The notes under the pieces were generated by a model that saw only the letters and a list, made by a program, of their open reading frames with translations, was not told the origin of the DNA and did not search any database. A program made the position numbers and the translations under genes. From contig NMRA01001063.1 in NCBI GenBank assembly GCA_002633005.1, positions 1 to 61,331 of the forward strand: a stretch of 61,331 nucleotides of DNA, in the 5' to 3' direction. Below, in pieces: positions 1 through 11,032 of this stretch; the stretch's first letter is position 1; every line of letters begins with the position of its first letter. This stretch comes from Phoronis australis. Taxonomy: Eukaryota > Animalia > Phoronida.

Positions 1-3000
1 GGCGTCCAGTGGCCTCCATTAGCCTCCATAGTCCTCCACTGTCCTCCAATTCGCGACACTGACCCCCACTGGCCTCAACTGGCCTCCAATGTCCTTCACT
101 GGTTTCCACTGGCAGCCACTGGCCGCCACCGAACTCCACAGGCCTGCACTGGCCTGCACTGGACTGCACTGGCCTCCACTGGCCTCCACTGGTTTCCACT
201 GGATTCCACGTGCCTCCACTGGCCTCCTTTGGCCTCCAGTGGGCTCCTTTTGCCTCCACTGGCCTCCTTTGGCCTCCGCTGTCCTCCTATGGAATCCACT
301 GGCCTCCACTGGCCTCAACTGGCCTCCTTTGGCGTCATACTGCCTCCAATGGTCTCCACTGGTCTCCACTGACCTCCACTGATATTTAATGGCATCCACG
401 GGCCTGGACTGGCCTCCTTTGGCCTAGACATGCCTCCAATGGCCTCCTTTGGCCTCCACTGGCTTCCACTGGCCACCACTGGCATTCAGTGGCTTCCACT
501 GGACTCCACTGTCCTATAGTGAACCCCACTGGCCTCCAGTGGTATCCACTGGCATGCAGTGGCTTCCAGTGGCATCCACTGGCCTCCACTTGCCCCCACT
601 GGCCTCCATTGGCCACCACTGGCCTGCACTGGCCTCCACTGGCTTGCAATATCCTCCTCTGGCCTCCAGTGTCCTCCATTGGCATCCTCTAGCCTCCACT
701 GTCTTCCACTGTCATCCACCGACCTCCACTGGCCTCCACTGTCCTCCACTAGCCTCCACTGGCATCCAATGGTTTCTTTTGGCCTCTAGTGGCCTCCCGT
801 GTCCTCCACTTTCCTCCACTGAATTCCAATGGCCAAAAAAGGCCTCTTCTAGCCTCCACTGGAAAACACTGGCCTCCTCTGGCCTCCATAGTCCTCCAAT
901 GGCCTCCATTTGCCACAACTGCCCTCCAATGGTGGCCAAAGGTCTCCACTGTCCTCCTTTGGCCTCCACTGCTCTCCATTGCCTCCACAGGAGTCCACTG
1001 GCCTTCACTGGCTTCCACTGGCAACCACTGGCCTCCACCTAACTCCACTGGTCTGCACTGGCTTGCACTGGACTGCACTGGCTTCCACTGGCCCTGAATG
1101 GACTCCACTGGTGTCAACTGGCCTCGACTGGCCTCCACTGGTTTCCACTGGATTCCACGGGCCTCCACTGTCCTCCTTTGGCCACCAAAGGCCTCCAATG
1201 GCCTCTTCTAGCCTCCACTGGCCTCCTCTAGCCTCCACCGGCGTCCACTGGCTTCCATTGGCCTCCACTGTCCTCCACTGGCCTCCACTGGCCTCCTTTG
1301 GCCACCACTGGCCTCCTATGGCCTCAACTGGGATTCGTAGGCCTCCACTGGGCTCTACAGGCTTCCTTTGGCCTCCACTGGCCTCCACTGGGCTCCACTG
1401 GTCTCCACTGGACTCCACTGCATCCACAGGCCTCCACTGGCCTCCACTAGCCTCCACTGNNNNNNNNNNNNNNNNNNNNNNNNNNNNNNNNNNNNNNNNN
1501 NNNNNNNNNNNNNNNNNNNCTCTGCTGGCTTCCGATGACCTCCACTGGCCTCCACTGGACTCCACTGGCCCCCACTGGCCTCCACTGTTCTGCACTGGCC
1601 TCCACTGGCCCTGACGGGACTCCACTGGCATCCACTGGCCTCGACTGGCCTCCACTAGATTCCACTGGATTCCACGGGCCTCCACTGGCCTCCTTTGGCC
1701 TCCAGTGGACTCCTTTTGCCTCCACTGGCTTCCATTAGCCTCCGCTGGCCTCCTATGGCATCCACTGGCCTCCACTGGCCTCCTTTGGCGTCAGACTGCC
1801 TCCTTTGGCCTCATACTGCCTCCAATGGTCTCCACTGACCTCCATTGATATTTAATGGCATCCACAGGCCTGGACTGGCCTCCTTTGGCCTAGACATGCC
1901 TCCAGTGGCCTCATTTGGCCTCCACTGGCCTCCACTGGCCACCACTGTCATTCAGTGGCTTCCACTGGACTCCACTGTCCTAAACTGCGCCCCACTAGCC
2001 TCCACTGGCATCCACTGGCCTGCACTGGCCTCCTCTGACCTCCACTGGCTTGCAATATCCTCCTCTGGCCTCCAGTGTCCTCTATTGGCATCCTCTAGCC
2101 TCCACTGTCTTCCACTGTCATCCACTGACCTCCACTGGCCTCCAATGCCCTCCAATGGCCGACAATGGCGTCCAGTGGGCTCCACTGTTCTCCACTGGAC
2201 TCCACTGTTCTCTGCTGGCCTCTGCTGGCTTCCGATGACCTCCAGTGGCCTCCACTGGTCTCCACTGGCCCCCACTGGCCTCCACTGTTCTGCACTGCCC
2301 TCCACTGTCCTCCACTGGCCTAAAATGGCCTCCAGTGGCCTCATTTGGCCTCCACTGGCCTCCCTTGTCCTCCACTTTCCTCCACTGGATTCCAATGGCC
2401 TCCAATGGCCTCCAATGGCCTCTTCTAGCCTCCACTGGAAACCACTGGCCTCCTCTGGCCTCCACTGGCGTCCACTGGCGTCCACTGTCCTCCATTAGCC
2501 TCCATAGTGCTCCACTGCCCTCCAATGCGCGACAGTGACCTCCACTGGCCTCAACTGCCCTCCAATGTCCTTCACTGGTTTCCACCGGCAGCCACTGGCC
2601 TCCACCGAACTCCAAAGGCCTGCACTGGCCTGCACTGGACTGCACTGGCCTCCACTGGCCCTGACTGGACTCCACTGCCATCCACTGGCCTCGACTGGCC
2701 TCCACTGGTTTCCACTGGATTCCACGGGCCTCCACTGGCCTCCTTTGGCCTCCAGTGGGCTCCTTTTGCCTCCACTGGCTTCCTTTGGCCTCCGCTGGCC
2801 TCCTATGGCATCCACTGGCCTCACCTGGCCTCCTTTGGCGTCAGACTGCCTTCTTTGGCTTCATACTGCCTCCAACGGTCTCTACTGACCTCCATTGTTA
2901 TTTAAAGGCATCCACGGGCCTGTACTGGCCTCCTTTGGCCTAGACATGCCTCCAGTGACCTCCTTTGGCCTCCACTGGCCTCCATTGCCTGAACAGGAGT

Positions 3001-4132
3001 CCACAGGCCTCCACTGGCCTCCACTGGGTTCCACTGGCAGCCACTGCCCTCCACCTAACTCCACTGGCCTGCACTGGCCTGCACTGGACTGCACTGGCCT
3101 CCACTGGTTTCCAGTGGATTCCACGGGCCTCCAGTGTCCTCCTTTGGCCTCCAGTAGTCTCCTTTTGCCTCCTCTGGCCTCCTATGTCATCCACTGGCCT
3201 CCACTGGACTCCACTGGCCTGCACTGACCTCCTTTGCCCACCAAAGGCCTCCAAAGGCCTCTTCTAGCCTCCACTGGCCTCCTCTGGCATCCAGGGGCCT
3301 CCTTTGGCCTCATGCTGCCTCCAATGGTCTCCAATGGTCTCCACTGGCCTCCACTGGCTTCCACTGACGTAAACTGACATTTACTGGCATCCACGGGCGT
3401 GTACTGGCCTCCTTTGGCCTCCTCTGGGCTCCTTTGGACTCCGTTGGCCTCCACTTGCCTCCAATGACCTCCTTTGGCCTCCACTGGCCTCCACTGGCCA
3501 CCACTGGCATTCAGTGTCTTCCACTGTCCTCCACTGCACTCCACTGGCCTCCACTGGCATGCACTGGCTTCCACTGGCCTCCACTGTCCTCCACTGGCCA
3601 CCAGGGGCCTGGACTGGACTCCTGTTGCCTCCACTGGACGTCTTTGGCTTCCACTGGGCTCCTTTGACCTCAACTGGCATCCACTGGCCTCTACTGGCCT
3701 ACTTTGGCCTCCACTGGCCTCCGTTGTCCACTGGCCTAAACTGGCCTCCACTGGTCTCCACTGACCTCCACATTCTTCCAATGGCCACCCCTGGGCTCCA
3801 CTAGCCCTATTGACCTCCACTGCCCTCCACTGGCATCTACTGGCCTCCACTCGACTCCACTGGTCTTCAGTGGCCTCCACATGTCTCCACTGGTCTCCAC
3901 TAGCATTTTCTGACCTACACTGGCCTCCACTGGCCTTAAGTGTCCTCCACGGACCTCCACTGGCTTCCACTAGCCTTCACTGTCCTCCAATTGCCTCCAC
4001 TGACCTCCAATGCACTCCACTGGCCTTTACTGGCCTACGTTGGCCTCCGCTGCCCTCCACTGGCCTCCACCGTCCTCCACTGGCCTGCACTGGCCTGCCC
4101 TGCCCTCCACTGCCTTCCGCTGGCTTCCACTT

Positions 4133-4371
4133 GCTTAGTGTTAGGGTTGAAGTTGGGGTTGGGGTTAGGGTGAGTTTTAGTGTTAGGGTTAGGGTAGGGT
4201 TAGGTTTAGGATTAGGGTTAGGGTTACGGTAAGGGTTAGGGAAAGGGTTAGGGTTAGGGTTACGTTTAGGGTTAGGTTTAAAGTTAGTGTTATGCTTAAA
4301 CTTAGGGTAAGAGTGAGGGTGAGGTTGATTGTTAGGTTAGGCTGAGGGTTATGTTTACGGTTAGGGTTAGG
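4133..4371 (+). repeat. Degenerate interstitial telomeric repeat (TTAGGG)n tract 1
   Basis: TTAGGG, TTGGGG and TTTAGG hexamers between satellite blocks. Confidence 0.93.
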
Positions 4372-4542
4372 CATCCAGTGGCCTCCAGGGAACTCCACTG
4401 GCCTCCACTGGCCTCCACTGGCCTTCACTAGTCTCCACTGTCCCACTCTACACTCCACTGACCTCCAGTGGCCTCCAGTGGGCTCAGCTGGACTCTACTG
4501 GCCTCCACTGGCAACTACTGGCCTCCACTGGCTTCCAGTAAC

Positions 4543-4780
4543 TTAGCGTTGGGGTTGGGGTCGCTGTTGGGGTTAATGTTAGGGTAAGGGTTAGGTTTAG
4601 AGATAGGTTTAGGATAAGGGTTAGGGTTAGGGTTAGGGTTACGGCTAGGATTAGGTGGGGTTAGGGTTAAGGATAGGGTTAGGCATAAAGTTAGTGTTAG
4701 GGTTAAAGTAAAGTTAGGGTGAAAGTGAGGGTGATTGTTACGGTTAGGCTGAGGATTAGGTTTAGGGTTAGGATTAGGGG
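4543..4780 (+). repeat. Degenerate (TTAGGG)n tract 2
   Basis: Hexamer array sharing the variant string gattgtta..gttaggctgagg with tracts 1 and 3. Confidence 0.93.
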
Positions 4781-5242
4781 TCCACTGGCCTCCAGGGGCC
4801 TCCAAAGGCCTCCACTGGCCTCCACTGGCCTCCACGGCCCTCCGCTGGCTTCCACTGGCCTCAGCTGGCCTTCCACTTACCTTCACTGGCCTCCACTGAC
4901 CTCTACTCGCCCCCCACTGCCCTCCTTTGACGTCCAACTGCCTCCACAGGCGTCCACTGGACTCCACTGGTCTCAGCTGGAGTCTACTGGCCTCCACTGG
5001 CCACCGCTGGCCCCCAGAGTCTTCCACTGCCCTTCATTGGCCTCCACTGGCCACCACTGGCTACCACTGCCCTACACTGACCCTCAACTGCCTCCAAAGT
5101 ACTCCACTGGCCACCACGGACCTCCACTAGCGTCCACTGGCCTCTTCAATGCTCCACTGGATTGCAATGACCTCCACTGGCCTCCATTGGCCTCCAAAGG
5201 GACTCCAATGGCCTCCACTGGCTCCCACTGGCTTCCACTGGC

Positions 5243-5467
5243 TTGGGGTTGTAGTTTGGTTTGGGGTCGGGGTTAGGGTTAGTGTTAGTGTTAGGGTTAG
5301 GGTTAGAGATAGGAATAGGATTAGGGTTAGGGTTAGGGTTAGGGAAAGGGTTAGGGTTACGGTTACGGTTAGGTTTAAAGTTAGTGTTATGGTTAAAGTT
5401 AGGGTTAGACTGAGGATTAGGGAGATTGTTAAGTTAGGCTGAGGGTTTAGTTTAGGGTTAGCGTTAG
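5243..5467 (+). repeat. Degenerate (TTAGGG)n tract 3
   Basis: Hexamer array with the same diagnostic variants as tracts 1 and 2. Confidence 0.93.
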
Positions 5468-8011
5468 GCCTCCAGTGGACTCCAGGGGCCTCCACTGGCC
5501 TCAACTGGCATCCACCGGCCTCCACTTACCTCCGCTGGCCTCCACTTTCTTCCACTGTCCTCCTTAGGCCTCCATTTGCCTTCACTGGCCTCCACTGCTA
5601 TCCACTGCCCTCCACTTGCCTTCACTGGCCTCCACTGGCATCCACTGTCCTCTACTGACCTCCTTTGGCCTCCACTTGACTTCACTGGCCTCCTCTGGCC
5701 TCTACTGGCATCAACTGTAATCTTCTGGCCTCTCTGGCCTCCACTGGCCTTCACTGACCTCCGCTGGCTTCGACTGACCTCCACAGGCCTCCACTAGCCA
5801 CCACGGGCTTGGACTGGCCTCCTTTGGCCTCCACTGGAAACCTTAGACCTCCACTGGCCTCCACTGGCCTCCACGGGCTTCCTTTGACCACCAATGGCCG
5901 CCTTTGGCCTCCACTGGCCTACGGTGACCTCCACTGGCCTCCAGTAGTCTGCACTGGCCTCCAGTGGCCTCCAGTGGCTTTACTGGACTCCACTGGCCTC
6001 CACTTTCCTCCGCTGGCCTCCGTTGGCCTCCCCTGGTCTCCGCTGGCCTCCACTGGCGTCCACTTGCCTCCCCTGGTCTCCGCTGGCCTCCCCGGGCCTA
6101 CGCTGGCCTCCTAAATGCACCACTGGCCTCCTTTGGCCACCACTGACCTCCTTTGGCCTCAACTGGGATCCTTAGGAATCCACTGGCATCCACTGGCCTC
6201 CTTTGGCCACCACTGGCCTTCTTTGGAGACCACTGGCCTCCACTGGAATCCATTGACCTCCACTGACATCCACCGGCCTCCACTGCCCTCCACTGGAATC
6301 CACTGATCTCCACTGGTCTCCTCTGGCCTCCATTTGCTTCCACTGGCCTCCTCTCATCTCCATCGGTCTCCACTGGACTCCACTGGCCTCCACTGCCATC
6401 CACAGGCATCCACTGACATCCACTGGTCTCCACTGGAATCCACTGGCCTCCACTGGCCTCCATTGGCCCGCACTGGCCACCACTCGCATCCACTGGCCTC
6501 CTATGGCGTCCTCTGGCCTCCACTGTACTCCTCTGTCCTCCACTGGACCGCGTTGGCCTCCACTGGCCTCTTCATTGCTCCACTGGATTACAATGACCTC
6601 CAATGGCCTCCACTGGCTTTCACTGGCCTCCACCAGTCTCCACTGGCCTCCACTGGCGTCCTCTGGCCTCTGCTGCCCTACACTGGCCTTCACTGATCTG
6701 CACTGCCCTCCACTGGCCTTCTAAATCCACTACTGGCCTCCTTTGGCCACCACTGACCTCCTTTGGCCTCAACTGGGATCCTTAGGAATCCACTGGCCTC
6801 CAACTTTGGCCACCACTGGCCTTCTTTGGCCACCACTGGCCTCCATTGACCTCCACTGACCTCCACCGGTCTCCACTGGCCTCCACTGGCCTCCACTGGC
6901 CTCCACTGGTCTCCACGGGCTTGGACTGGCCTCCTTTGGCCTCCACTGGAAACCTTAGACCTCCAATGGCCTCCATTGGCCTCCACTGGCTTCCTTTGGC
7001 CACCACGGGCCGCCTTTGGTCTCCACTGCCCTACGCTGACCTCCACTGGCCTCCAGTGGCCTGCACTGGCCTACACTGGCTTCCAGAAGCCTCCAGTGGC
7101 CTCCAGTGGCCTCCACTGACCTCCACCGGCCTCCACTGACCTTCACGGTCCTCCTTTGGCCTCCATTTCCCTCCAATGGCCTCCACTGGCACCCACTGCC
7201 TCTTATGGCCTCCAGTGGCCTCCACTGGCCCGCGTTGGCCTCCACTGGCCTCCTCATTGCTCCACTGGATTATAATGACCTCCACTGGCCTCCATTGGCC
7301 TCCACTGGCCTCCAAGGGACTCCAATGGCCTCCACTGGCTTTCACTGGCCTCCACCAGTCTCCACTGGCCTCATCTGGCCTCTGCTGCCCTCTGCTGGCG
7401 GCCACTTGCATCTACTATACTCCACTCGCCTCCACTGGCTACCACAGGGATCCACTGGACTCTACTGGCCTCCACTGGCTTCCACTGGCCTGCACTGGCC
7501 TGTACTGGCATCCACTGGCATCCTATGCCCTCCACTGTCTTCCAATGGCCTCCACTGGCCTTCACTGTCCTCCACTGGTCCCCACTAGCTATCACTGGCA
7601 TCCACTGGACTCCACGGGCCTCCAATGTCGTCCATTGGCCTCCATTAGCCTATACCGGCCTCTCCACTGAGCTCCACTAACATTCACAGGCCTACGCTGG
7701 CCTGCAGTGGCCTCCACTGGCTTCCACTGGCCTCCACTCTCCTACTTTGGCCTCCACTGGCCTTCACTGGCCTCCAATGGCCTCCACTGCCCTCCACTGG
7801 CCTCTTCAATAGTCCACTGGATTCCACTGCCCTCCTCTGGCCTCTACTGGCCTCCAATTGAATCCACTGGCCTCCCCTGCCCTTCACTGGTCTAAAGTGG
7901 CCTCCACCGTCCTCCACTGACCTCAACTGGCCTCCACTGGCATCTGCTACCCTCCATTGGCGTCCACTGGTCTTCACTGAAATGCACTGCGCTCCACTGG
8001 CCTGCACTGGC

Positions 8012-8209
8012 TTAGGGTTTGGGGTTGGGGTTGGGGTTAGGGTTAGTGTTAGGGTTAGTGTTAGGGTTAGGATTAGGGTTAGGTTAAGGTTTGGGGTTGG
8101 AGTTAGGGTTAAGGTTAGCTTTAAATTAAGTGTCAGTGTTAAAGTTAGGGTTAAGGTGAGGGTGAGGGTGATTCTTAGGGTGAGGCTGAGGTTTAGGTTT
8201 AGGGTTAGG
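8012..8209 (+). repeat. Degenerate (TTAGGG)n tract 4, at the boundary between the two satellite variants
   Basis: Hexamer array with the CCACT satellite on the left and the CCAGT satellite on the right. Confidence 0.93.
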
Positions 8210-10071
8210 CCTACGGTGGCCACCAGTGGCCTCCAGTTGCCTCTAGAGACTTCTAGTGGACTCTAATGGTTTTAAGGGTCCTCCAAGGACCTGCAGTGGT
8301 CTCCAGTGGCCTCCAGTAGACTCAGGTGGTCTCCATTGGCATCCAGAGGAATCAAGTTGCCACGAATGGCCTCCAATGGCCTCCAGTTGTGCCCCCAGAG
8401 GTCTCCATGGGCCACCTTAGCCTCCAGTTGGCACCAGTGGGCTCCAGTTACCTCCAGTAGCCTCCATTGGCCTCCTGTCGGCTCAAGTGGCCTCCAGTGG
8501 CCTCCAGTGGCTTCCGGTGGCTTCCAGTGACCTTCTTTGGTGTTCAGTGGCCTGATTTGGCATCCAGTGGCCTCCAGCGGCCTCCAGGGGTCTCTATATG
8601 TGCCCCAGTGGCCTCCAGGGACCTCAAGTAGCCTCCAACAGCCTCCGGAGGCCTCCGTTGGTCTCTAGTGGCCTTCAGCGGCCTCCAGTGGCTTCCGGTG
8701 GTCTTCATTGGCCTCAAGTGGGGCTCACTAGCCTGAGGTGCCATCCAGTGGCCTCCAGTTGTGCCCCAGTGACTTTCAGGCGCCTCCAGTGTCCTTCAAC
8801 AGCCTCCTGAGGCCTCCAGTGGCCTTCAGTGGCCTCCTGTGACTTCCGGTGGCCTCCAGTGGCCTCCAGTGGTCTGCAGTGGGAACAAAGGGCCTGCAGT
8901 GGGCTCCAATGGCCTGCAGTGGCATCCAGAGGCCTCCAGTGGCCTGCAGAGGCCTCCGGTGGTTTCCACTGCCCTCCAGTGGTTTCCAGAGGGCTCCAGT
9001 GGTCTCGAGTTGCCTCCAGTGAACTCCAATTAGTTCCAGTATCCAACAGTGGTCTGCAATGTCCTCCAGTGGCCTCCAGTAACCTCCAGTGGATGCCAGC
9101 GGCCTCCAGTGGCCTTCAGTGGCGTCCAGTGGCCTCCAGTGGCTAGGGTTAGGCTTAGGGTTATGGTTGGGGTTTGGGTTAGGGTTAAGGTTAGGGTTAG
9201 GGTTAGGGTTAAAGTGAGGGTTAGGGTGAGGGTTAGGGTTAGGCTGAGGGTTTGGTATAGGCTTACAGTGACCCCCAATTGCCTGCAGTGGCCTCTAGTG
9301 ACCTCCTATGGCCCCCAGTGGCCTTCATTGGCCTCCAGGGGCCTCCAATTTAATCCATTTGTCTCCAGTGGTCTCCAGTGGCCTCCAGTAGCCTCCAGTG
9401 GCTTCCAGTGGGCACAAGTGGCCTCCAGGGGCTTCCAGTGGCTTTCAGTTGCGTCCAGTTGCCTTCCGTGGCATCAAGTGGCCTCCAGTTACTTCCAGCT
9501 GCCTCCAGTTGGTTCCAGTGGACTCCAGAGGCCTCCAGTCGTCTCCAGTGGCCTCCATTGGCCTTCAGTGGACTCCAGACGGCTCCAGTGGCCTCCAATA
9601 GCCTCCGAAGACCTCTAGTGGCCTCCAGTGGCGTCCAGTGGCCTCCAGGTGTGCCTCCAGTGGCTTCCAGTGGGCTCCTGTAACCTCTAGTGTTTTTCGG
9701 TGGCCTCCGGTGGCCTCCAGTGGTCACCAGCGGCCACCAGCGGGTTCCTGTTGATTCCGGAGGCCTCCAGTGACCTCCAGTGGCCTCCATTGGCTTCCAG
9801 ATGCCTCCAGTGAGCTCCAATGGGCTCCAGTGAACTGCAACGAGCTCCAGTATCTCCAGTATTCAATAGTGGCCTCCAGTGGCATCCAGTGACTCCCAGG
9901 GGGCCCCAATGGGCTCCAGTGGCCTCAAGTGTCCTCCACGGGCCACGAGAGGGTTCCAGTTGTCTCCAGTGGGCTCCGGTGGCATGCAGTGGCCTCCAGT
10001 GAACTTCAGTGGCCTCCAGTTTCCTGCAGTGGACTCCAGTGGCCTTCAGTAGCCTCCAGTGGCCCCCACTG
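8210..10071 (+). repeat. 10-bp satellite variant (GGCCTCCAGT)n, containing a TTAGGG tract at ~9144-9265
   Basis: GTGGCCTCCA dominates and CCACT units are nearly absent. Confidence 0.95.
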
Positions 10072-10252
10072 GTTAGGGTTAGGCTTAGGATTGAGGTTGG
10101 GGTTGGGGTTAGGGTTAGGGTTAGCGTTAGGATTTGCGTTAGGGTTTGGGTTACGTTTAGGTTTAGGGTTGGGGTTAGGGTGCCTAGGGTTCCTAGAGTT
10201 AGGGTTGGATTAGGGTTAGGGTTAGGGTTAGGGTTGGGTTAGGGTTATGGTT
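10072..10252 (+). repeat. Degenerate (TTAGGG)n tract left of solo LTR 1
   Basis: Hexamer array. Confidence 0.93.
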
Positions 10253-11032
10253 TGTCAGAATGTGGTCTGACAGTATTTTTAGTTGTATTGTTTTGTTTTG
10301 TTATTCTGTTTGATTGGCATGACCCCCGAGTTAAGTACAGTGAAGATGTAATTTGTTTACTACAAAATAGTGTGGAACTTTCTAGAAGACTGAGGTCAGA
10401 ATAGTGATGATGTAATTTGTTTACTGCAGTATAGTGTGGAACTTTCTAGAAGACTCTAGCATGACAGTGATTAATGCAGTCTGGAATATTCTAGAGACTA
10501 GTGCATGTTTGTAGAATGATTGGGTAGTTTCCAGAAAGTTCTGGTATGTGCTTGAATTGATGAAAAGCTCTAGAACAATGCATTAGGCTATAAATACACA
10601 AGCACGGGTTTGTGTTAGGCACTTGAGTCCAAGAAGATTAAGTCAATGAGATCAAGTCAGTTCAAGAGAAGATCAAGTAGGTTCAAGAAAGTTAATCAGG
10701 AGAACTACAGTTGAGTTGTAATGAAGAGAATCAGCAGTTACAGCGATAGTCAATAGAGAGCCAGCTATAAACAGCAGGTTATTGAATCAACGAGTGTAAC
10801 AGTTGCTGGAAGTATCTCAGAAGTTCAATACAAGTCAAGGCTTCGCAGCACTGGCTGGAGCATAAACAGACATTACGTCGGACGTTTTGTTTGAGTAGGC
10901 TTGTGATTAACGTACGGTCGGGATTAATAGAGGATTAACTCGAACCAGTCTTCAGTCAACCTTCGCACCGAAAGCTATTAGCACCGGTCTGTAACAACCT
11001 GCGCCCACCCACACACAGGGAAAAACGTGACA
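10253..11032 (+). mobile_element. Solo LTR (780 bp) inserted in telomeric-like repeats
   Basis: TGTCA...TGACA inverted ends; flanks TGGTT/GGGTT (5-bp TSD with 1 mismatch); internal ~47-bp direct repeat; TATAAATA at 10589-10596; no coding sequence. Confidence 0.8.
10375..10596 (+). promoter_or_regulatory. Heat-shock element cluster plus TATA box in LTR 1
   Basis: GAACTTTCTAGAA at 10375-10387 and 10439-10451, GAATATTCTAGAG at 10484-10496, TTCCAGAAAGTTC at 10529-10541 (inverted nGAAn triads), then TATAAATA at 10589. Confidence 0.75.

Larger units (their letters stand above)
1..8011 (+). repeat. 10-bp satellite (GGCCTCCACT)n, degenerate, with higher-order structure, interrupted by three TTAGGG tracts
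   Basis: Unit visible throughout. Marker variants recur: tagacatgcc at ~425, 1891, 2941; ggaaaccttagacc at ~5836, 6948; gggatccttaggaatcc at ~6166, 6775. Confidence 0.97.

Noticed and set aside
1-10071. Dozens of overlapping ORFs (WPPLASTGLH / QWRPVEASGG)
   Set aside because: They are translations of a 10-bp satellite whose consensus has no stop codon in any frame; they occur in all six frames and have no gene structure.
1-10071. CRISPR-like array
   Set aside because: There are no unique spacers and no cas genes, and the context is eukaryotic.
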